54,200 bases of DNA, taken from NCBI GenBank assembly GCA_903942355.1, contig CAJAOR010000058.1, forward strand, positions 1 through 54,200, given 5' to 3'. Source of the stretch: an uncultured Chlorobiaceae bacterium. Its GTDB lineage: Bacteria; Bacteroidota; Chlorobiia; Chlorobiales; Chlorobiaceae. This document shows positions 9,406-19,441 of the stretch, piece by piece (within the stretch, counting starts at the first letter, position 1; each line of letters starts with the position of its first letter). A program made the translations under genes and the position numbers. The notes under the pieces are model-generated. The model worked only from the letters and a program-made list of their open reading frames with translations. It was not told where the DNA came from and ran no database searches.

Positions 9406-10065
9406 ATGGTTTTTAGTCCTGATCTTTCAATCTTGCCGCCGCCGCAGCTTCGGTTATGGCCGGAACTTGACGCAACGCCCGAGACATTCACGCTCTACGG
9501 AGGGACAGCGCTTGCGTTGCGTTTAGGTCATAGGACTTCTGTCGATTTTGATTTTTTCTCTAATCAACCTTTTGATCCAGATAATCTCGCTGCTTCTCTT
9601 TCCTATCTTAAAGGTGCTGAGCGTGTTCAGGTCGGGCCTAATACGCTGACTTGCCGCGTTGAGCGTGACGGCCCTGTTTTGCTCTCTTTTTTCGGAGGGC
9701 TTGGACTTGGACAGGCAGCGCCTCGCGATCAGGTCGCGGGGCGCTTTCTCTTTGTCGCATCGTTACTCGACATTGCAGGAACCAAAGTTGCCGTGGTGCA
9801 AAAACGGGCTGAGGTGAAAGATTATCTTGATATGGATACGCTGTTGCAGCATGGAATCGACTTGCCAACCGCTTTAGCTTCCGGCCATATCGTTTATGGG
9901 CGTAGCTTCAACCCCATGATTACCTTGAAGGCGCTCTCCTTTTTTGATGATCTTCCAACATTACCCGCAGAAGTGCGCAAGCGTTTGAGTATTGCTGTTG
10001 ATTCTGTCGATCCTGGAAATCTCCCCATGCTAACGCCCTACCTCAAGCGGGAGGACGAGACCTGA
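9406..10065 (+). CDS. AbiEii/AbiGii-family nucleotidyltransferase (putative type IV toxin)
   Basis: LYGGTALALRLGHRTSVDFDFFS (GGT..HR.S.D.D) and K..VQKRAEVKDYLD motifs. Confidence 0.85.
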   Translation: MVFSPDLSILPPPQLRLWPELDATPETFTLYGGTALALRLGHRTSVDFDFFSNQPFDPDNLAASLSYLKGAERVQVGPNTLTCRVERDGPVLLSFFGGLGLGQAAPRDQVAGRFLFVASLLDIAGTKVAVVQKRAEVKDYLDMDTLLQHGIDLPTALASGHIVYGRSFNPMITLKALSFFDDLPTLPAEVRKRLSIAVDSVDPGNLPMLTPYLKREDET

Positions 10066-10073
10066 CAAACACC

Positions 10074-10385
10074 ATGAAACCTTTACCCGTTACTCCCGGC
10101 ATTTTGAATGTCGCTCGCCGTGTCGTCTGGTTCAAGACACCAGAGGAAGAACTTGCCGATCCGGTGCATTTTCTCGCGCATGTTATGACATTTGGCACGC
10201 CTGAAGATTTAAAGGCGCTGCAAGGTATCGTAGGCAAAGAAGAATTTCTCGAGGTTTTGGAAAAAGCACCGCCAGGCGTTTTTGATGCTCGTTCCTGGGC
10301 ATACTGGAACCTGAAATGTGGACGGCAGCCTTCCCCCCCTTTGCCGACCCGTGCCGGTCTTTGGTCCGTGCCCCCAAGCCTTTGA
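10074..10385 (+). CDS. Small hypothetical protein, putative partner/antitoxin of the AbiEii gene (DUF6922-like)
   Basis: Starts 8 bp after the toxin stop; VVWF...FLAHVMTFGT.EDL...SWAYW pattern resembles small proteins that accompany this NTase family. Confidence 0.6.
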   Translation: MKPLPVTPGILNVARRVVWFKTPEEELADPVHFLAHVMTFGTPEDLKALQGIVGKEEFLEVLEKAPPGVFDARSWAYWNLKCGRQPSPPLPTRAGLWSVPPSL

Positions 10386-10412
10386 TCCAAACCACTTTTT
10401 GTGGGGTTGTAT

Positions 10413-10443
10413 AAAAAAAAACCGCCAGATCGTAACCTGGCGG
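10413..10443 (-). terminator. Rho-independent terminator oriented for minus-strand transcripts
   Basis: CCGCCAG-N8-CTGGCGG stem preceded on + by A9, i.e. followed by U9 on the minus strand. Confidence 0.6.
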
Positions 10444-10538
10444 GATTCCGCAAGCCTAACCCCTCCCACTTCCAAAAAACTCTCGTATATTGCAAAATCG
10501 GTAACAAGAAAAACGCAACCCCATACTCTTCACCCGAC

Positions 10539-11003
10539 ATGCGCGACCACACCCCCGATTTCAAAATGCATGAGCTGACTGCAGCCAACAAAGCGCTCAT
10601 CCGCCTGACCGTACAGCAGCTTCTGGAGAAACTTGCTGCGGACGGCAAGCTGACCGCCGACACCCTGCTTGAATTCTGGATTGAAGTTCCTGGAATCAAA
10701 CGCTCCCGCGGGAGCTTCAGAGGCGGCTTTCTGATGCCCGACAGCTTTGTCTATATCAGCGACTACTTCCAGTCTGACAGCGCAGTCATTCACCTGACGC
10801 CTGGTGAAGCGTATGCCGGCGGGGAAGTCTCACTTGAAAAGGTATGGGATGACCTGCTCGATGAATTCTACTATCAGGTTGAAATATTCACCTCGCCGGT
10901 CTCTATCGGAAAAGGAATAACGCTTGAGCTGTGGGCCGGCAACCGCCAGCGGCCGGAGGGAGAGTGGATCTATGCCGTCGATCGCAAAATCGAACTGGGT
11001 TAA
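10539..11003 (+). CDS. Conserved hypothetical protein
   Basis: ORF with host-like codon usage; start taken at MRDHTPDF; no recognisable motif. Confidence 0.6.
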   Translation: MRDHTPDFKMHELTAANKALIRLTVQQLLEKLAADGKLTADTLLEFWIEVPGIKRSRGSFRGGFLMPDSFVYISDYFQSDSAVIHLTPGEAYAGGEVSLEKVWDDLLDEFYYQVEIFTSPVSIGKGITLELWAGNRQRPEGEWIYAVDRKIELG

Positions 11004-11040
11004 AAAGAGATAGCCGGCTGCTTTTAGCGGGGAGGATTCA

Positions 11041-11676
11041 TTATTTGGCGGTGTAGTCGCAGATGCTCCGCACGTTGCAATGCGCACAGTCAGGCTTTTT
11101 CGCCTTGCAGGTGTAACGGCCGTGCAGCAGCAGATAGTGATGAAAGGGGATAACCCAGGCTTCAGGAATAATTTTCATCAGCTCAGTTTCCGTCTGTTCC
11201 GTTTTTTCGGTACAAACCAGTCCAATTCTGTTTGAAACCCGGTGCACATGGGTATCGACCGGCATGACCGGCTGGTTGAAAGCGTTGCTCAGCACCACAT
11301 TTGCGGTTTTTCTGCCAACCCCGGGCAGACTTTCAAGTTCCTCCCGCGTACCGGGTACCGCCCCATGATAGCGCTCAACCAGAATCCGGCTAACCTCAAG
11401 GATGTTTTTTGCCTTATTGTTATAGTAATTGATCGACCGGACCAGGTTCCTCACCTCTTCAAGCTCCATCCGGCACATGCTTTCGGCGTCCGGTGCAACC
11501 CTGAAAAGTTCACTAGTAATAATATTGACCCGCTTGTCAGTCGCCTGGGCAGCCATAATGGTCGCCACCAGCAACTGAAACGGGCTTTCATAGTGCAGTT
11601 CGCTTTTCGGGTTCGGGTATGCGGCACCAAGCACCTCGTTAAGAAAAACAATCTTTTGCTCTGGGGTTTGTTTCAT
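11041..11676 (-). CDS. nth: Endonuclease III
   Basis: FQLLVATIMAAQATD, LPGVGRKTANV, VDTHVHRV and the C-x6-C-x2-C-x5-C Fe-S motif. Confidence 0.95.
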   Translation of the reverse strand: MKQTPEQKIVFLNEVLGAAYPNPKSELHYESPFQLLVATIMAAQATDKRVNIITSELFRVAPDAESMCRMELEEVRNLVRSINYYNNKAKNILEVSRILVERYHGAVPGTREELESLPGVGRKTANVVLSNAFNQPVMPVDTHVHRVSNRIGLVCTEKTEQTETELMKIIPEAWVIPFHHYLLLHGRYTCKAKKPDCAHCNVRSICDYTAK

Positions 11677-11684
11677 CTGCCCCT

Positions 11685-12200
11685 TCAGTTTTCGACTTCA
11701 TGACTTTCGCTCTCGCTCTCCGTTTTCTGAAGCTTGGCCGCTGACTGGTCGATAAGCCCCCGTCCGTTTTTATGCACCTTACCCTCACCCTTAAGATCAT
11801 TAAAAATAGCATCAAGAATGCCATTGACAAACTTGCTGCTCTTTTCGGTGCTGTTGAATTTTTTTGCGATTTCAATAGCCTCATTGATCGAAACCTTGGG
11901 CGGAATATCTTCGCAATAGAGGATTTCCGTCAGGGCCATGCGAATGATATTCTTGTCAATGATAGCAATACGGCTCATATCCCAGTTAAAGGTATGCTTC
12001 ACAATATACTGGTCAATCTCCGCCATGTGCTCCTTGATGTTTTTCAGGAGCGTATTGAAAAATTTCATGGCATTGGCATCTGCCAGAATTTCTTCGGTCA
12101 AAAGCCAGCCTGCGGCAGAGTCGATGTCGGTATCGCGGATTTCTATGGTATAGAGGGCCTGTAAAATTTTTTCACGTATTTGCCGTCGGTACGTTTTCAT
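11685..12200 (-). CDS. nusB: Transcription antitermination factor NusB
   Basis: [42 protein letters not shown] and FVNGILD. Confidence 0.95.
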   Translation of the reverse strand: MKTYRRQIREKILQALYTIEIRDTDIDSAAGWLLTEEILADANAMKFFNTLLKNIKEHMAEIDQYIVKHTFNWDMSRIAIIDKNIIRMALTEILYCEDIPPKVSINEAIEIAKKFNSTEKSSKFVNGILDAIFNDLKGEGKVHKNGRGLIDQSAAKLQKTESESESHEVEN

Positions 12201-12210
12201 AAAAGAGCAG

Positions 12211-12912
12211 TTAATTGATTGAAGATTGGAGTATCTCACTGAGAACAACATCAGTCCGGCCCAGGTTTTCATACAAAACATGGGGATGGTGTTTTTTCAG
12301 CTCCTCCCGTGAATAGGTGCCGGTCGCTACGGCAATAGATTTTGCGTTCAGAACCCTGGCACAGGCGATATCGTGTTCCGTATCGCCAATGATGATGATG
12401 TCGCGGTTAAAAAAATTTATGCCGGTAAGCTGGCGGGCTTTTTCGACAGCAACTGCCGGCAGTTCATTGCGGCAGGGTGCGTCATCAGCAAAGGCACCGA
12501 AAGGGAAATAGTGGTTAATCTCTGGAAGAAGCAGCTTGTGCCGTCCCGATGCCTCGAAATTTCCGGTCAGGAGGCCAAGCATCAGTTCCGGTCGCTCTGA
12601 AAGTTGTTGAAGAAGCTCGCGAATTCCCTCCATCAGCAGAACATCCGAGGGTTTGGCTTGTGTACGGAACATCTCAATATAGGTCGTTTTTGCCTGCTCG
12701 AATTTTCCGGCAATCTCAACAGGATCCAAACCGGCACTCTGCAAAACTTCATAAATAATATTGCTGTCCATCTTGCCGGCAAAATTGTGCGTTCCGGCGC
12801 TTCCGGCAGTACCGTAAACCTCCTTCAGGGCATCAACAAGGACGCTGCGGTTGATGGCGCTCATCGTAAGTAATGTTCCGTCGATATCAAATAACACAAG
12901 TTTTCTGGCCAT
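12211..12912 (-). CDS. HAD-family hydrolase
   Basis: LFDIDGTL motif I, LTGN, and IGDTEHD motif IV. Confidence 0.88.
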   Translation of the reverse strand: MARKLVLFDIDGTLLTMSAINRSVLVDALKEVYGTAGSAGTHNFAGKMDSNIIYEVLQSAGLDPVEIAGKFEQAKTTYIEMFRTQAKPSDVLLMEGIRELLQQLSERPELMLGLLTGNFEASGRHKLLLPEINHYFPFGAFADDAPCRNELPAVAVEKARQLTGINFFNRDIIIIGDTEHDIACARVLNAKSIAVATGTYSREELKKHHPHVLYENLGRTDVVLSEILQSSIN

Positions 12913-12930
12913 AGCGTCTCCCGGCACTTT

Positions 12931-15900
12931 TCAAATCCTTATTTTTTCAAGCCGTATGGGTATCAGTTTTGAAACCCCTTCTTCTTCCATGGTGACCCCG
13001 TAAAGTGCCTGGCAGGAGGCCATGGTTTTTTTGTTGTGCGTAACAATAATGAATTGAGTGTTATTCTCAAATTTTTTAAGGAGTTTAATAAACCGGGTAA
13101 CATTTGCATCATCAAGAGGCGCATCCACTTCATCCAGAATGCAGAAAGGGCTCGGTTTTACCAGATAGATGGCAAAGAGAAGCGAAAGAGCCGTCAGCGC
13201 CTTTTCCCCGCCGCTCAATTGCTCAATGGAAAGCGGCTTTTTTCCTCTTGGCTTGGCAACAATCTCAATATGTGCCTCAAGAGGATCTTGGTCTGCACGA
13301 ATCAGCAGATCGACCTCATCGTCCAGCTCAAAAAGCTCCCTGAAAATAGCAATAAAGTTTTTTCTCACCTCACGGAATGTTGCCTCAAATTTCAGGAGGG
13401 CGGTTTTGTTGATCTCCTCTATAGTCGAACGAAGTTCTTTTTCAGCGCTGAACAGATCCTGTCGTTGCTCTGCAAGAAAATCGAGGCGCTTTTTTTCCTC
13501 CTCATATTCATCGAGCGCCAATTCATTGACCGCGCCAAACTGTTCTCGCTGCCTTGTCAGGAGCTCAAGGGTCTGCTTGGCTGCCTTCCTCTCAAATCCA
13601 TCATCAGCAAGAGGCTCCGTCATCAGGGCAAGGTCACAGTTGTGCTTGAGCTGAGCCTCGGTGAAGAGATGGTCAAGCGATTGCTCCAGCTGTATCTTTT
13701 CCTGGGTAAGTGACAAGATGAGCTGCAGAGAGGCTTCATGCTTGCGCCGGAGCTCCCTCAGTCTGGTCTGGCATTCATGATGCTGTGCCTGTCGTTCGCG
13801 GTATGCCAGCGACAGCTCCGAAAATAATTTTTGCTCACCGGCAGCCGCAACAAGCAGCACCTCAAGCTCCGTTTGTATTCTTTCTGATGCCTCCCGACCC
13901 GAAACCCGTTTTTTTTCAGCAGCGGCACATTCCGTCTTGAGCTTTTTGATCTCTTCATGCAGCGACCGCCGATTTTCGGCACAGGCCGCGATGTTAAAGC
14001 TAAGCTTTTCAAGCTGGAGAAGCGAGTCCTTGTAACGACTCTGACGGGCCTGCATCTCCCGCCCAAAAAGATGATGGCGTGTTTCAAGGGAGGTAAGGTT
14101 TTCCTGCAGGGAGCGGATATTTTCACTAAAGCGTGCCGCTGTTGAGCTCTTGCTGCTGATTGCAGGCATCAGCGCCTGCAGTTCAGCTTCGCAGGCCGCT
14201 TTTTGCGCAACCATGCCGGCGATCTCAACGTTAGCCTGCTGCACCTCCCGCTTGCCGGCGCTCTCCTCAGCATCCAGGCGGGCAGCTCTTTTTTCAAGCT
14301 CTCCCAGCTCCGATGCCCGCCGCTCAACCTCCCGGCGTTGTTCGTCCACCCTGATCAGGGCCAGTTCATTTTGCCGTTTCAGCAGGGCCTCCTCCTCCTT
14401 TCTGATTGCTTTTTCGAGAGCCGCCAGCTCTTCCTGAAGCCGGTCACGTACCGCCTTTCTGCCCAAGCGCAACCCTTCACTGCTTTTTGAACTTCCGCCG
14501 AAAAGGAGCCCCCTTCCGGCAAATTTTTCCCCGTCAATGGTCACAAATGAGCAATCAGGGTAGTGCAGGGCAAGGGTTTCAGCCGTTCCGAGATCCTGCA
14601 CCACATAGCTTTTGCCAAGCATCAGCACCAATGCGTGATGAAGTTCCTGCGGATACCTGATGAGTTCAAGAGTTTTCTTTGCGCCGCTGATCTCCGGAAA
14701 ATTGGCTTCAGGGCTTTGGGCAACAAGATCGAGCACCAGAAAATGGAGCTTTCCCTTATTGGAGCGTGTCAGATGGGCGATGCCCTCCTTGGCATCCTGC
14801 AGCGACTGGCAAACATAATAGCTCATGCTTTCGCCAAGCGCGGCATTGACCGCTTTGCGCTGTGAACTCTCAAGTGAGAGCAGATCCGACAGGCATCCAA
14901 GCCCCTGTTTTCCGCTCCTCTGCTTTTCCAGAAAACCGATCCCCTCAGGCATCCCCTCAAAATTATCGAGCACTGAATTGGCAAGCAGAATCTGGTTGTG
15001 CACTTTTTCCCTCTCAGAACGTTGCAGAAGGAGAGCTTCCTGCTTCTCCCCGATCTGGCGGCTTAACCTCTCCCGATGTTCCCGCAACACATTTTCCTGC
15101 TTTTTTGCCCCGGCAATGCTTGCCTTTAGCTGGCTGATCGTTTCCGAAAGCTCCCGGTCGGCGCTGCGGGAGCCTTTCAGCTTGTCATGAACGGCAAGCT
15201 GTTTTGTTTCAAGCCGTTCAATGGCCGACCGCAGGTACTCTTTTTTTGACTCAAGGCTGTGCTTGGTCAAAGCCAGATGGTTGGCCGCACTCTGCTCTTC
15301 AGCACCGGCTTTTCGCTCCCGGGCAAGCTCCTCTCTCTCTTGGTGGAGCGTGGTATTGAGCTGGTCATGTTCAGCCACAAGACTTTGAAATGCAGCATGC
15401 AGCTCCTTGCAGGCGGCCTCATAAGGGGCTTTCTGCTGCAACAGGCTGTTTTCGAGCCTCTCCTGCTCATCGCTTTTCTGCTCCTTATTGCGGATAATTG
15501 CCCTGAAACGGGCAATATCGTCAGCAAGGCTCTTTTGCTGCCCTTCATGCTGCAAAAGCTCTTTTTCAAGGAGATGAATGCTCTGATTGCATTCGTTAAG
15601 CCTCTTCTGCCTTTCCGACAAGGCACTCTCCTCCTTGAGCAGCAACAGCTCACGCTCCTGTGCCGTGCTGTCCTCAGTGGCTATGGTTACGGCACACGCA
15701 TGATTCAGCAACTCCTCCTCCCTGATGCGGCGCTGCATCGGCTCCAGTTTCTCACGCAACTCCTCCATGCTCAGCCAGGAGAGGGCAAGATCAAGTTCCC
15801 GAATCTTCTGTTTCAGCTCCCTCAACTTTTCAGCTTTACGCACCTGCAGTTTCAGGCTGCGCACCTTCTTTTCAACTTCTGCCAGCACATCATCGACGCG

Positions 15901-16467
15901 AGAAAGGTCGCGCGAAGTACTTTCAAGCAGCTTGAAGGTCTGTTTTCGCCTCTGTTTATAACGGGTTATGCCTGCAGCCTCCTCAAAAAGCTTCAGACGG
16001 TCCTCACTTTTGTTGCTGATAATCTCTTCAATCATTTTCAGCTCAATGACCGAATACGCATCGCTGCCCATCCCGGTATCGGTGAAAAGATCCAGAATAT
16101 CCTTCAACCGGCAGGGCACCATGTTTAAAAGGAACTCGCTCTCGCCGCTGCGGTAAAGACGACGGGTGACCGTTACCTCGGTATATTCAATCGGCAAAAC
16201 ATTTCGCGTATTCTCGATCGTCAGAGAAACTTCGGTAAGACTGAGGGGCTTCAGGTTCCTGGAGCCGTTAAAAATAATATTCTCCATCTTCGCTGACCGA
16301 AGCAGAGAAGATTTTTGCTCGCCCAGTACCCAGCGCATGGCATCCACAACATTGGTTTTGCCACATCCATTGGGTCCAACGATGGCCGTCAGGCCCTGGT
16401 CAAATTTAATTCTGACCTTATGCGCAAAGCTCTTGAAGCCAAAGAGCTCAATTTTTGAAAGATACAT
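12931..16467 (-). CDS. smc: Chromosome segregation protein SMC
   Basis: GFKSF, GPNGCGKTN Walker A, long coiled coils with hinge, LSGGEK, and LDEVDAPLDDAN. Confidence 0.97.
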   Translation of the reverse strand: MYLSKIELFGFKSFAHKVRIKFDQGLTAIVGPNGCGKTNVVDAMRWVLGEQKSSLLRSAKMENIIFNGSRNLKPLSLTEVSLTIENTRNVLPIEYTEVTVTRRLYRSGESEFLLNMVPCRLKDILDLFTDTGMGSDAYSVIELKMIEEIISNKSEDRLKLFEEAAGITRYKQRRKQTFKLLESTSRDLSRVDDVLAEVEKKVRSLKLQVRKAEKLRELKQKIRELDLALSWLSMEELREKLEPMQRRIREEELLNHACAVTIATEDSTAQERELLLLKEESALSERQKRLNECNQSIHLLEKELLQHEGQQKSLADDIARFRAIIRNKEQKSDEQERLENSLLQQKAPYEAACKELHAAFQSLVAEHDQLNTTLHQEREELARERKAGAEEQSAANHLALTKHSLESKKEYLRSAIERLETKQLAVHDKLKGSRSADRELSETISQLKASIAGAKKQENVLREHRERLSRQIGEKQEALLLQRSEREKVHNQILLANSVLDNFEGMPEGIGFLEKQRSGKQGLGCLSDLLSLESSQRKAVNAALGESMSYYVCQSLQDAKEGIAHLTRSNKGKLHFLVLDLVAQSPEANFPEISGAKKTLELIRYPQELHHALVLMLGKSYVVQDLGTAETLALHYPDCSFVTIDGEKFAGRGLLFGGSSKSSEGLRLGRKAVRDRLQEELAALEKAIRKEEEALLKRQNELALIRVDEQRREVERRASELGELEKRAARLDAEESAGKREVQQANVEIAGMVAQKAACEAELQALMPAISSKSSTAARFSENIRSLQENLTSLETRHHLFGREMQARQSRYKDSLLQLEKLSFNIAACAENRRSLHEEIKKLKTECAAAEKKRVSGREASERIQTELEVLLVAAAGEQKLFSELSLAYRERQAQHHECQTRLRELRRKHEASLQLILSLTQEKIQLEQSLDHLFTEAQLKHNCDLALMTEPLADDGFERKAAKQTLELLTRQREQFGAVNELALDEYEEEKKRLDFLAEQRQDLFSAEKELRSTIEEINKTALLKFEATFREVRKNFIAIFRELFELDDEVDLLIRADQDPLEAHIEIVAKPRGKKPLSIEQLSGGEKALTALSLLFAIYLVKPSPFCILDEVDAPLDDANVTRFIKLLKKFENNTQFIIVTHNKKTMASCQALYGVTMEEEGVSKLIPIRLEKIRI

Positions 16468-16549
16468 CTGAATAAAGAGGGTTTGACAAGCTCAATCCAG
16501 GGGCACGAAAACAAATGTAACAAAAAAATATACCCGCCAAAAACAGCCC

Positions 16550-17479
16550 TCACCCCCGACGCTCACCACTGCCCGTTTCCGTAAATTCTCCTGATGATCC
16601 TGTCGCCGCACGCATCGCCGTCACCACGCTGGCACATTGCACTGCAGCCTCAACATCGTGCACCCGCAAAATTGATGCTCCCCGCATCAGGCCGATTGCT
16701 TGTGCTGCAATGGTGGCAGCCAATCTTTCGGAAGGCGGGGGCGTTTGCCCGCCGGGCGGGGTAATGGCATGGCCAAGAAAGGACTTTCTCGACACGCCGC
16801 AGAGAACAGGGCGGCCGAGAGCGAGCAGTGAGCCAAGCTGATCGAGCAGCCGGAAGTTCTCTTCAACGCTTTTGCCGAAACCGAAGCCCGGATCAATAAT
16901 AATATCCTCAATCGAATGCCTTTCAGCCTCTGCTATCGAGCGCCCGAGAAAGCCAAGAACCCTGGTTACAATATTTTCACTCCCCGGCTCCGTCGCCGGG
17001 CTCCACTGCATTGATTCCGGCTCCACCGGAGTATGCATCAGCACGACCGCCGCCCGGTACTTCCGGCAAACGGCTGGAAGCTGGTGATCGAAGGTAAAAC
17101 CCGAAATATCATTGACGATATGGGCCCCTGCCCGCAACGCAGCTTCGGCAACCCCCGACTTGTAGGTGTCTATTGACATCAGAATGTCAGTTTTTTGCCG
17201 CAAAAGGGTAATCAGCGGTACCGTTCGGGCGATCTCCTCCCGTTCTGAAATTTTTTCTGCCCCCGGCCGTGAAGACTCACCGCCGATATCGATAATCGAG
17301 GCCCCCTCCTTAATCATCGCCAACGCATAATCGACCGCCCGGTCAAGGTCGAGAGCCTCGGAATTTCCCTGCAGGGCACCTCCGTCATAAAACGAATCAG
17401 GCGTCGTATTCAGGATCCCCATAATTTTGGGCCCTCCGGAGAGATCAAGCAATTTCCCGGCGCAATTGATTTTAGTCAT
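16550..17479 (-). CDS. folP: Dihydropteroate synthase
   Basis: MGILNTTPDSFYDGG, IDIGGESSRPG, IDPGFGFGK, SRKSF and RVHDV. Confidence 0.95.
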   Translation of the reverse strand: MTKINCAGKLLDLSGGPKIMGILNTTPDSFYDGGALQGNSEALDLDRAVDYALAMIKEGASIIDIGGESSRPGAEKISEREEIARTVPLITLLRQKTDILMSIDTYKSGVAEAALRAGAHIVNDISGFTFDHQLPAVCRKYRAAVVLMHTPVEPESMQWSPATEPGSENIVTRVLGFLGRSIAEAERHSIEDIIIDPGFGFGKSVEENFRLLDQLGSLLALGRPVLCGVSRKSFLGHAITPPGGQTPPPSERLAATIAAQAIGLMRGASILRVHDVEAAVQCASVVTAMRAATGSSGEFTETGSGERRG

Positions 17480-17497
17480 AAAGATGCATATTTATCC

Positions 17498-17521
17498 GTA
17501 GGGGCGAGGTGCCCCCGCCCT
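17498..17521 (+). repeat. GTAG-type REP-like palindrome
   Basis: GTAGGGGCGAGGTGCCCCCGCCCT; flanked by a 15-bp direct repeat CCGGCGCAATTGATT (17457-17471 and 17527-17541). Confidence 0.55.
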
Positions 17522-17584
17522 CTTTGCCGGCGCAATTGATTCTATGGTTATTAATCATGTACATGTGTGGTGTATCCGTACGAA

Positions 17585-18613
17585 TCATCGTATTCCGAAC
17601 GGCACAGGCGTGAAGGTGACAAAAAAAATAGCTATGGCAACCCACCCGTACACTTTTCTTGGCATGGAGAGCGGATGGTCGTGCCCTGTGGGAGGATGGT
17701 CCATACCGATCACGCGCGAAAGAATAAACGACCACAAAATCCAGCCCGGCCATGACCAGTGCAGCATCACTGGCGGGATCAGTGAAGCCGCATCAGGCTT
17801 GAACCACGAGAGCAGCAGAGCAAGCAAAGAGGGAAAACCAAGAAGCATGATAAAGAGCAGAAAGACCCTTGCAGCCCTTGCATGTCCCCTTTTGCCAAAG
17901 AGGGCATAGGTGATATGCCCCCCGTCAAGCTGGCCAACGGGAAGCAAATTCAGCGCAGTCACCAGTGACCCAAGCCAACCCGCAAAAAGGAAGGGATAAT
18001 GGTACATCTCAGTCATCGGCGGCAGATTTTTTGGAGCAATAAGGTGCTCCAGCGCCAGCCAGAGGAGGTTTTTGCCAAGAACAAGGGTTCCTTCCGGTAC
18101 GGGAGTTTGCAGTCCGCCCTGTCCCAGATATTCAGGATGAATGCTATAGATAAAGTCAGCCGGCGGAAGATTCAGAAAACCATAGACCAGCAGCCCGATG
18201 CAAACAGCAAATCCGCCCACTGGACCTGAAATGCCGATATCAAACAGGGAGTTTGTTCCCGGAATTCGCTCCCTCACCTTTATCACCGCCCCCATCGTAC
18301 CAAGGCTCAACAAAGAGGGCAGGGGAGGCACAGGAAGGTAATAGGGGAGCGTTGCGCGAACACGATGGTGCCGTGCAGCAAAAAAATGGCCGAACTCGTG
18401 AACAGTGAGGAAGAGCAGAAGCGACACCGAGTAGGCAATACCCGTTGAAAGTGAGCTGATGAAGAGCGGAAAAGAGCGGATATCTACAGGATGGCCGCCC
18501 CAGAATGCTCCGGCCATGAGTGTGGTAAAAACGGTCAAAATAAAGAGAAGCAGGTGAAGAGGGTAGTTCTGTCCGGCGCGCATGGAAGGTTTTTGAAAAG
18601 GAGGAAAACTCAT
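17585..18613 (-). CDS. Site-2 protease (M50 metallopeptidase) family membrane protein
   Basis: HEFGH zinc motif and NLLPVGQLDGGH; many TM segments. Confidence 0.9.
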   Translation of the reverse strand: MSFPPFQKPSMRAGQNYPLHLLLFILTVFTTLMAGAFWGGHPVDIRSFPLFISSLSTGIAYSVSLLLFLTVHEFGHFFAARHHRVRATLPYYLPVPPLPSLLSLGTMGAVIKVRERIPGTNSLFDIGISGPVGGFAVCIGLLVYGFLNLPPADFIYSIHPEYLGQGGLQTPVPEGTLVLGKNLLWLALEHLIAPKNLPPMTEMYHYPFLFAGWLGSLVTALNLLPVGQLDGGHITYALFGKRGHARAARVFLLFIMLLGFPSLLALLLSWFKPDAASLIPPVMLHWSWPGWILWSFILSRVIGMDHPPTGHDHPLSMPRKVYGWVAIAIFFVTFTPVPFGIR

Positions 18614-18657
18614 GAAATTATTGCTGACATGTTTGCGAAGCCGCCGTCATACCCCTT

Positions 18658-18683
18658 GCCGCCCCGCAACCTTGCAGGGCGGC
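18658..18683. terminator. GC-rich hairpin downstream of the heme protein gene
   Basis: GCCGCCCCGCAA-cc-TTGCAGGGCGGC. Confidence 0.4.
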
Positions 18684-18697
18684 CTTGTTTTTCAGGG

Positions 18698-19210
18698 CTA
18701 GTCTTTATCGTTATCGCCATCTTTACCTTTGACGGCTTCCTTTCCGGTACCCTTTTCCGCACCCTTTTCACCGCCCTTTTTTTCTTCGCCGAAAGTCGCA
18801 ACAAGCCCCTTTGTCAGCTCCACTTTCTCTTCAGCACTCAGCTTAGCCTCGGGATGCGCAGGCAGGTAGAAAAATGGAGGCATTTTACCCTCTTTTACCT
18901 CATTGGCCGCCTTGTCGCCCTCATTTTCCCCGGTTGTTCGTCCCCACTCAGAAACATTGAAAGCCTTTCGCCCAAGAGAAACATCAATTTGGGTCAGCCA
19001 CGATGCCGGTGCCACAGAACTGTACCACGGCCAGACGGTTTCGTTTGAATGGCAGTTTTTGCAGGCACGGCCAAAGAGCTCACTTGTTCTGGGAGAGTCC
19101 CATTTCGGTTCGCCCGTGACCGGAGGGTTCTTGTGGTCGCGGCCATAAGGAACGAGCTGAATGGCAGCCAGAACAATTACAGCTCCAGCTAATAGTTTTA
19201 CAGGCTTCAT
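18698..19210 (-). CDS. Heme-binding (c-type cytochrome) domain protein, Haem_bd family
   Basis: N-terminal anchor, CKNCH, WPWYS.VAP.SW and MPP axial Met; low-complexity K/G/E tail. Confidence 0.85.
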   Translation of the reverse strand: MKPVKLLAGAVIVLAAIQLVPYGRDHKNPPVTGEPKWDSPRTSELFGRACKNCHSNETVWPWYSSVAPASWLTQIDVSLGRKAFNVSEWGRTTGENEGDKAANEVKEGKMPPFFYLPAHPEAKLSAEEKVELTKGLVATFGEEKKGGEKGAEKGTGKEAVKGKDGDNDKD

Positions 19211-19441
19211 GGATTAGTGTACTCCTTTTTTTGCAGTAGTTATCAAAATTGGGATTGTAGAAGAATATAAGTGAAATTTTATCGATCTCGTTACCGTAAT
19301 GGAGAGACGCTCATCCAACTTGCCCTGCCAAAAGCGAAACCAATCTGGGCTGGTAGCGGTTTATAGAGTGTAAAAAACCTCTAATAATATGTATCTTTCA
19401 TCTTTTTTTCGCCGGTTGTCAACGTTCAAGTCTATCAATTT

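Noticed and set aside
13036-16128. Long plus-strand ORFs antisense to smc, and similar shadow ORFs over pabB, recQ and wzc
   Set aside because: Shadow frames of well-supported genes with no motifs or RBS
359-16467. scpB and smc as a Wadjet/MksBEF-like defence system
   Set aside because: Canonical housekeeping ScpB and SMC in separate operons; no JetA/JetD-like genes
18700-18790. 12-bp quasi-repeats in the heme protein tail
   Set aside because: Ordinary low-complexity K/G/E coding tail
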